The notes under the pieces were generated by a model, which searched no databases, was not told where the DNA came from, and worked only from the letters and a program-made list of their open reading frames with translations. Position numbers and translations under genes: made by a program. Shown here one piece after another: positions 58,219-64,000 of a stretch of DNA of 64,000 bases (position 1 is its first letter; every line of letters begins with the position of its first letter). The DNA comes from a virus (lineage: Duplodnaviria; Caudoviricetes), in the IMG/VR virus record IMGVR_UViG_3300028025_000089; one strand, 5' to 3'.

Positions 58219-59331
58219 TTAAATATAATCTAAAAACATTTCGTTTATGTTTCTTATTGTTCTATCCCAATCAGGATATTCAGGGATTCTAATATCAATA
58301 CATTCTACTTCATCATTATAAATCATACCATTAATAAGTGATGTATATCCACCAAAATACTCTAAAAATGAATCACTCCAAGTTGCACCCTTATTATTTT
58401 CTAAAAATGTTGTTATATTTCCAATAAAATCTCTGATTTTAATATATTGGTCGTATTTGGTTTTTTCACCAACCTTTCTTGGAACCTCATCAACATGACC
58501 TTCAAAGTATTCACTAAGACCATTATAAACATATTCATAAACTTCATCTTCATATGCTTGATTTTCAGAGTTATAATAGATTCTTCTTAGTTCATCACCA
58601 ATATCTTCTAAATCATTTATGAAAAGTTCGTTTGATGCGTCACTATCTTTTAATAGGTCATTTAAATCTTCAGGTCTTATTCTAAAATAACCTTCTGTCC
58701 CTTGTATTTCAGATAAATGTTCAAAAAAGTCGGAATTATAATCCTCTAATGGTAATTCTTGATTTCCTATTTTTTTATAAATAACATCTTTGAGATGTGT
58801 AATATTAGAATCATTTAAAACATCTACTGTATCGTGTGGCATCATATCAGAATTATAATACCAATCGTGACCTAAACCTTCTTCACTTAAAATTAGTTTT
58901 GCAACATATCTAGGATCACTACTACCTCTTGGATTACTACAAAAATAATCACCTAACTCTTCTCTATCTCTTAATCTTAGATAAAAACCACCATTTCTAA
59001 TTTCAACATCAGTTATTAGATTTTTAATTATAAAATAAACTGTGTCTGCGTAGTTGTCTTCTAAACCTATTAAAAGTAATATGTTTTTAAGTTCCTCAGG
59101 TGCACTATCATAACTAAGATTTTTTAATACACCATTCTCTTCTAAAAAATTAAATAGTTCATTATCCCAATTACGATAACCTATTTCGTCTAAATCAATT
59201 TCATCTAAAAGATTATATTTTTTAACAAACTTAAAGAAAGTAATAAGGTCATTAAAATATGGCTCAATTTCATCTTCAAATTCACCATTATTAAATGAAT
59301 CAACTAATTGTCTTGCTCTATCTAAACTCAT
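58219..59331 (-). CDS. Hypothetical acidic late protein
   Basis: Late motif 5 nt before the ATG. Confidence 0.75.
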   Translation of the reverse strand: MSLDRARQLVDSFNNGEFEDEIEPYFNDLITFFKFVKKYNLLDEIDLDEIGYRNWDNELFNFLEENGVLKNLSYDSAPEELKNILLLIGLEDNYADTVYFIIKNLITDVEIRNGGFYLRLRDREELGDYFCSNPRGSSDPRYVAKLILSEEGLGHDWYYNSDMMPHDTVDVLNDSNITHLKDVIYKKIGNQELPLEDYNSDFFEHLSEIQGTEGYFRIRPEDLNDLLKDSDASNELFINDLEDIGDELRRIYYNSENQAYEDEVYEYVYNGLSEYFEGHVDEVPRKVGEKTKYDQYIKIRDFIGNITTFLENNKGATWSDSFLEYFGGYTSLINGMIYNDEVECIDIRIPEYPDWDRTIRNINEMFLDYI

Positions 59332-59350
59332 ATGGTATAAATATCAATTA

Positions 59351-59381
59351 AATAAAAAAGGTGTCCCAAATAGAACACCTT
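59351..59381 (-). terminator. Intrinsic terminator for the small minus-strand gene
   Basis: On the minus strand AAGGTGT-10 nt-ACACCTT followed by TTTT. Confidence 0.7.
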
Positions 59382-59402
59382 ATTTTCGATGATACGCAAA
59401 TA

Positions 59403-59564
59403 TTATCTTCTGTAGTATTTGCTAATTACTTTTTTTACCGACTCTTGAACATTAGTTCTATTTTGAGCGGCACTTGCACCTTGTTGAGCTTGTTGAGTTT
59501 GCTGACCTTGTTGAGTCTGTTGCCCTTGTTGCGCTTGTTGTTTTTGCTTGCATCCACACCCCAT
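59403..59564 (-). CDS. 53-aa MGCGCK / Gln-repeat protein, missing from the ORF track
   Basis: MGCGCKQKQQAQQGQQTQQGQQTQQAQQGASAAQNRTNVQESVKKVISKYYRR; own late motif (59596-59602) and terminator. Confidence 0.85.
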   Translation of the reverse strand: MGCGCKQKQQAQQGQQTQQGQQTQQAQQGASAAQNRTNVQESVKKVISKYYRR

Positions 59565-59671
59565 CTTAATTTTTTTTTTAGTGGTTTATTTGTTTATAAA
59601 TATCAACTAACTAAACTTTAATCACTAAATAAAAAAAATCAATTATTTTTATTTTGTTATATTTATCAAGT

Positions 59672-60877
59672 ATGAGAGACTTTCTAAAAAATTTCATATT
59701 AGAACAAGATGAGAATCTTGTCACATTAACTCCTGAACAATATAAAGATGTGTTAGAAGATGTTGGAGGTATTGCGGCAAGAGTGTCAATGTTAAAACCT
59801 TACAGAGGTAAGGGTATTGTAATTAACGGTGATTTAGATCTTAGAAAATTTAAAACTGTTGGACCACTTACAGGTATTGTAAGAGTTATGGGAAGATTAG
59901 ATATTTCTGGAACCAATGTCCCACATCTTGATGGTGTTACTGTTGATCGATACATTAGTGATTGGGGATCGACAATGCATACAATAAATCTAAAAAAACA
60001 AAGAGATTATAAAATTTCGCAACTTGATGGTTACAGAGAAGATGATGAGTGGAATATTGAAAATAATGATGATGAGTCTGAAAGAACTGAAGCGTTATAT
60101 AAATTCTTAGTTCAAGAAGGTATTCCTACTTTATATGAAGACGACAATGGTGAAGAAGTGGAAGAAGATAAGTATTTTATTTATCCGACTGGTCGTGGAA
60201 GTCATGGTGTTGGAAAACAATACGAATGGTTGGGTGGTGATACTTTACAACCAGACACATATGATGTTTATGCTCAAGAAGAGTTAGATAGTGCCGCAAG
60301 ACAATATGTTGAAAATGCGGTTGATGACATGGGTTATGAAGCATTTACAAGTTGGGTATGGGATCAAGCAATTGATAGAGAACAGTGGAATAGTTGGCTA
60401 GAAAGTTTTTATGAAGATATTATTAGAGACGATCCCGAAAATTATGATATACCACTTCAACTATCTGTAAATCAACAACATCAAGTTAATCAATTAACAA
60501 AAACTATAGAAAATCTAAATAACAGATTAAGAAACGAGGAATTGTCTGACGAAGAATACGAAAAAATTGAAGGAAAAATAGAAGGGTTGGAAGAGACAAT
60601 AGAAGAGATCAAAGAAGATCCACAAGGTGATTATGATGAAGATATGATTGAACAAGAAGTTGCCGATAGAGTTAGTGAATATATTGATGACATAGATGAT
60701 TTTATTAAACACTATGGTTTTGATAAAGATTTTATCATGGATTTTGTTGATTTAGATGAGGTTACGGATATTGTCGTGAATAGTGATGGATATGGTAATC
60801 TATTAAACTCTTATGACGGAGAAATGTTTGAAACACAGGTAAATGGTGATTGGTATTTTGTGATGAGAGCGAGTTAG
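59672..60877 (+). CDS. Hypothetical acidic late protein
   Basis: The track start 59654 is TTG; ATG 59672 follows the late motif at 59660 and gives MRDFLKNFILEQ. Confidence 0.75.
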   Translation: MRDFLKNFILEQDENLVTLTPEQYKDVLEDVGGIAARVSMLKPYRGKGIVINGDLDLRKFKTVGPLTGIVRVMGRLDISGTNVPHLDGVTVDRYISDWGSTMHTINLKKQRDYKISQLDGYREDDEWNIENNDDESERTEALYKFLVQEGIPTLYEDDNGEEVEEDKYFIYPTGRGSHGVGKQYEWLGGDTLQPDTYDVYAQEELDSAARQYVENAVDDMGYEAFTSWVWDQAIDREQWNSWLESFYEDIIRDDPENYDIPLQLSVNQQHQVNQLTKTIENLNNRLRNEELSDEEYEKIEGKIEGLEETIEEIKEDPQGDYDEDMIEQEVADRVSEYIDDIDDFIKHYGFDKDFIMDFVDLDEVTDIVVNSDGYGNLLNSYDGEMFETQVNGDWYFVMRAS

Positions 60878-60920
60878 GACTTTATTTGTTCATCTTTTTG
60901 TATTACTTTTTAACACAGAG

Positions 60921-61664
60921 ATGGCAAGAAGAAAAAAAATAGAATTTTTATTAAATACCGATTGGATGTTTGAAAAACCAATCGATCGAGAATATAAAGA
61001 ATACAAATTACTTTCTTATTTTCAAAAGATGGGAGAAAAACTCGACAAGTTAGAGTTATACCCGGGATTCATTGAGTTGTCATTACATTTAATGAATGTT
61101 CAGGCTTTAATGAGAGATCAAAAAATTGTTTATACCGATAAAAAACTAAACAATATTGATGATGAATTATTAGTTAAAGACCTCAAAGTCAAAGAAATTC
61201 CAAAATTAACAGAAGAAGAACAAAAAGAATTCATTTCCATTTTAAGTTATTCGGCACCAAGAATTATGGAATACTTCAACATCGCAAAATCTGTATGGAC
61301 AATTGTTTTTGATTCATTGGATATGAAAATTAGACGAAACAAGAAAAATGTCGTAAATCCCAAAGGTTACTTTTACTTTATCGACAATTCAAAAAAACAT
61401 TATGTTTGGGAATACACGATAAAAAAACAAACAAAATCTAATCCCCAACAAATGACAAACGTAAATTTGGTTTATTCTGACCAAGTAAATGATTTGACTA
61501 TTTCAAAAATAATAAATAACTTTTCAACATTCACGGTTGAAGAGAGAAGATCCGCACCAATCTTTCAAATGACATGTTCAGGTGAGTTTCCAATAGAAGA
61601 AACTTTACTTCCAATGTTTAAAAGAAGAATATCAGGATTTATTTCACAATCAAAAACTTTATAA
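60921..61664 (+). CDS. Hypothetical protein
   Basis: Long ORF. Confidence 0.7.
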   Translation: MARRKKIEFLLNTDWMFEKPIDREYKEYKLLSYFQKMGEKLDKLELYPGFIELSLHLMNVQALMRDQKIVYTDKKLNNIDDELLVKDLKVKEIPKLTEEEQKEFISILSYSAPRIMEYFNIAKSVWTIVFDSLDMKIRRNKKNVVNPKGYFYFIDNSKKHYVWEYTIKKQTKSNPQQMTNVNLVYSDQVNDLTISKIINNFSTFTVEERRSAPIFQMTCSGEFPIEETLLPMFKRRISGFISQSKTL

Positions 61665-61686
61665 AAGAAAATTTAATTAAATTGTT

Positions 61687-62808
61687 ATGAAACTGAAACT
61701 AGAATATGTATGGCTAGATGGGTATAAGCCAGAACCAAATTTAAGAAGCAAAGTTAAAATTGTTGATTATGATTCTGTTTCCACAGCATTTCTTGACGGA
61801 AATTTTCCAATGTGGAACTTTGATGGATCATCCACATCACAAGCAAATACGGGAAATTCAGATCGTTTGTTGAAACCTGTTAGACATTATGTTCAAGACA
61901 TGCAATCAACAATCTATATTTTATGTGAGGTGTTAAACCCAGATGGAACACCACACGAATCAAATAAAAGATCTAGTATTGGTGAAGGATTTGAAGACCT
62001 TTGGTTTGGTTTTGAACAGGAGTATTTCATTCGAGAAGAAGTCAATGGAAACATCTTGGGTCACAAAAGAAATATTCTAAAAGGTCAAGGTGAATATTAT
62101 TGTGGTGTTGGACATAATGTTGTTGGTCGTGAGTTTGTTGATGAACATTTAAATATGTGTTTGAACTACGGTATTAACATCACAGGAATAAACGCCGAGG
62201 TTGCTTTAGGTCAGTGGGAATATCAAGTATTTTCGCAAGGTAAATTACAAGGTGGAGACGATCTTTGGATGACAAGATATTTTCTATTCAAGATTGCAGA
62301 AAAATATGGTTATCATATTGAATTACACCCAAAACCAATCACACACGGAGAATGGAACGGATCAGGTCTTCATACAAACTTTTCAACAGACATGATGAGA
62401 TTTGATGGAAACGAAGAATACTTCATGGCATTATTCAACGCATTTGAATCAAGACATGAAGATCATATCAAAGCATACGGATCAAATAATCATTTGAGAT
62501 TAACAGGACAATACGAGACTCAGGCGATTGATAAGTTCAGTTGGGGCGTATCTGATCGTGGAGCGTCAATTAGAGTTCCACAGGACACCGCAAAAGAATG
62601 GAAAGGATATGTTGAAGATAGAAGACCAGGGTCAAATGCTGATCCATACAAGATCATTTGTGAAATTGTTAAATCATTGGATGTTACGCAACTACTTTAT
62701 GATACAAAAACTATGATCAATAAAGATGTTGATTTGAATGGCCTTAGTGAAAAGTATGGAACTATGTCTAATGATGAATTGTTAAAAGAATATAGAGAAG
62801 AAGAATAA
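61687..62808 (+). CDS. glnII: Glutamine synthetase type II
   Basis: EYVWLDG, WNFDGSST, WFGFEQEY, YYCGVG, NAEVALGQWEYQ, HPKP..WNGSGLHTNFST, RLTG, DRGASIRVP and EDRRP. Confidence 0.93.
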   Translation: MKLKLEYVWLDGYKPEPNLRSKVKIVDYDSVSTAFLDGNFPMWNFDGSSTSQANTGNSDRLLKPVRHYVQDMQSTIYILCEVLNPDGTPHESNKRSSIGEGFEDLWFGFEQEYFIREEVNGNILGHKRNILKGQGEYYCGVGHNVVGREFVDEHLNMCLNYGINITGINAEVALGQWEYQVFSQGKLQGGDDLWMTRYFLFKIAEKYGYHIELHPKPITHGEWNGSGLHTNFSTDMMRFDGNEEYFMALFNAFESRHEDHIKAYGSNNHLRLTGQYETQAIDKFSWGVSDRGASIRVPQDTAKEWKGYVEDRRPGSNADPYKIICEIVKSLDVTQLLYDTKTMINKDVDLNGLSEKYGTMSNDELLKEYREEE

Positions 62809-63158
62809 TGGTTAATGGATGGGCGTTATTAGTGGGGATAGTTTTTGGATTTTTAGCTCAAATTGGAACGTTCTTCCAACTTCAAGGACCTTTGAAATAT
62901 GAATGGATTAAAAATCATTATTGGATAATGGTAATGATGGGTATTCCAATATCAATGTTGTTTATGTATTCAGTTAAGAATATGATAATCGCATACAATG
63001 GTCAAATGTGGCCTTCAAGGTTGATTGGGTTTAGCATTGGAGCGGTTGTTTTTACATGGTTAAGTTGGTTGATTTTTAAAGAACCCTTAACATTAAAAAC
63101 CATAGTTTGTTTGATTTTAGCGATAGGAATTTTAATAATACAATTATTTTGGAAATAG
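62808..63158 (+). CDS. Small four-TM membrane protein (DMT/EamA-like)
   Basis: Four hydrophobic helices; E-x-L-T-L motif before the last TM. Confidence 0.55.
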   Translation: MVNGWALLVGIVFGFLAQIGTFFQLQGPLKYEWIKNHYWIMVMMGIPISMLFMYSVKNMIIAYNGQMWPSRLIGFSIGAVVFTWLSWLIFKEPLTLKTIVCLILAIGILIIQLFWK

Positions 63159-63159
63159 A

Positions 63160-63405
63160 ATGGAAAATAAAGAACATGTAAATCACCCACAACATTATGG
63201 GGGATCAGAAAACATTTACGAAGCCATCAAAGTGATTGATGCTTGGGATCTAGGGTTTAGTTTAGGAAATACAATAAAATATATAAGTCGTGCAGGAAAA
63301 AAAGGAAAAAACAAAGAATTGGAAGATCTACAGAAAGCCTCGTGGTATCTCCAACACCACATCGAACAACTCAAACAAAAAATCGAGTCTGAATCAAGAG
63401 ATTAA
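63160..63405 (+). CDS. DUF3310-family protein
   Basis: VNHPQHY, FSLGNTIKYISRAGKK and EDLQKASWYL. Confidence 0.88.
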   Translation: MENKEHVNHPQHYGGSENIYEAIKVIDAWDLGFSLGNTIKYISRAGKKGKNKELEDLQKASWYLQHHIEQLKQKIESESRD

Positions 63406-63685
63406 CATCTTAGATGCGATCACCACACCAAATGAATTAATTCGTGAAACCCTTATCAACTTTACTTGGGGGTTCTTAGGAAATTCTATTGTTGTTTTTG
63501 TTGCAAAAGAACTGGACTTTTTAGTTTTAATAAACTATATTGTTTATTACATTTTAATTTCTTATATTGTGAATAGAAATAAGTATGAAACTATATTAGG
63601 TAAGTTTATTATTCTTCCCGGATCAGCAGCGGCAGGTGCTTTTACGGGATATAAATTGGCTCAAATAATATCGAATTTTTTATAA
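63290..63685 (+). CDS. Membrane protein, start uncertain
   Basis: The last ~90 codons look like a real three-TM protein, but there is no in-frame ATG; the track start (GTG) overlaps DUF3310 by 116 nt. Confidence 0.55.
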   Translation: MQEKKEKTKNWKIYRKPRGISNTTSNNSNKKSSLNQEINILDAITTPNELIRETLINFTWGFLGNSIVVFVAKELDFLVLINYIVYYILISYIVNRNKYETILGKFIILPGSAAAGAFTGYKLAQIISNFL

Positions 63686-63686
63686 C

Positions 63687-64000
63687 ATGAACTATTACAA
63701 AATTACACTTGGTGGTCGAGGATCCGAAGTTTATCCTTTTGAATTGAATGAAGAACAATATGAGAGTCTTTTGGAAGGAAATGTTGAGACCGATGGTTTA
63801 GATTATGACGATATATGTCAAATTTTAAATGTTGAATCATATTTTGATTGTATAAATGAAACCATAATGGGGCCATATACAGAAACAATTTATATGACAG
63901 TTGAAGATTCAAATGGTGTAATCATATATGAAACTGAAAGTGTTGATTATGACAAGTGTAGTCATAGAGAATTATATAATGAAAATAAAAAATATCTCTT
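63687..64000 (+). CDS. Hypothetical acidic protein (3' truncated by the window), missing from the ORF track
   Basis: MNYYKITLGGRGSEVYPFELNEEQYESLLEG.. is open to the window end. Confidence 0.7.
   Translation, partial: MNYYKITLGGRGSEVYPFELNEEQYESLLEGNVETDGLDYDDICQILNVESYFDCINETIMGPYTETIYMTVEDSNGVIIYETESVDYDKCSHRELYNENKKYL

Noticed and set aside
59361-59621. + strand 86-aa Leu-rich ORF from the track
   Set aside because: GTG start and Leu runs are the antisense shadow of CAA repeats; the minus-strand ORF has the ATG, promoter motif and terminator.
1894-63912. Other short nested or antisense ORFs in the track (e.g. 1894, 5289, 13242, 15089, 27424, 42120, 49844, 63703)
   Set aside because: Each overlaps a longer gene with clear motifs or operon coupling, and has no start context or recognisable motif.
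1-64000. Stop-codon reassignment (TAG or TGA recoding), as in some large Bacteroidota phages
   Set aside because: Long genes are intact in code 11, and TAG/TGA end genes at natural C-termini (nrdA CFGCSS-TAG, sbcC, MTase) with tight coupling to the next gene.
1-64000. Eukaryotic giant virus origin, suggested by LRR, SAP, MGC start, plant-like GT and Cys-rich proteins
   Set aside because: gp25/gp6 baseplate genes, sigma-70, amidase, intrinsic terminators, operon coupling and Bacteroidota promoters indicate a bacteriophage.
1-64000. tRNA or rRNA genes
   Set aside because: The GTTCGA-like words found (about 23400 and 38775) are inside coding sequence with no cloverleaf; intergenic gaps other than 37.7 kb are too short or AT-rich.

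Overview
A 64 kb slice of a large, AT-rich, tailed dsDNA bacteriophage (myovirus-like jumbo/huge phage) read in the standard genetic code. The host is very probably Bacteroidota: there are TTTG-N19/20-TAnnTTTG promoters, a Bacteroidota-type sigma-70, an Hc1-like protein, SprB-like repeats and almost no Shine-Dalgarno sites. Layout: C-terminus of ribonucleotide reductase alpha; a baseplate/tail module (0.7-26.9 kb: gp25-like, gp6/J-like, large Cys-rich fibre-like proteins with SprB-like repeats and Pro/Thr linkers, an embedded glycosyltransferase, RuvC); a replication/recombination block (primase, PD-(D/E)xK nuclease, SbcD/SbcC-like pair); a restriction-modification-like pair; a sigma factor followed by a ~250 nt structured non-coding region; a lysis-like block; many acidic late proteins with a shared N-terminal leader; DnaJ, a Dam-like methylase, DUF932, a GIY-YIG endonuclease, thioredoxin/glutaredoxin, a degenerate MetK-like gene, glutamine synthetase II and DUF3310. 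Several real small genes are absent from the supplied ORF track. Three promoter classes are visible by eye. The best candidates for new biology are (i) a plant SERGT1/HPAT-like protein O-glycosyltransferase sitting among tail genes with extensin/mucin-like linkers, (ii) the unidentified structured RNA behind the sigma gene, and (iii) an ArfA-like peptide under a host-type promoter. All family assignments come from motif recognition and recalled sequences; no searches were run.
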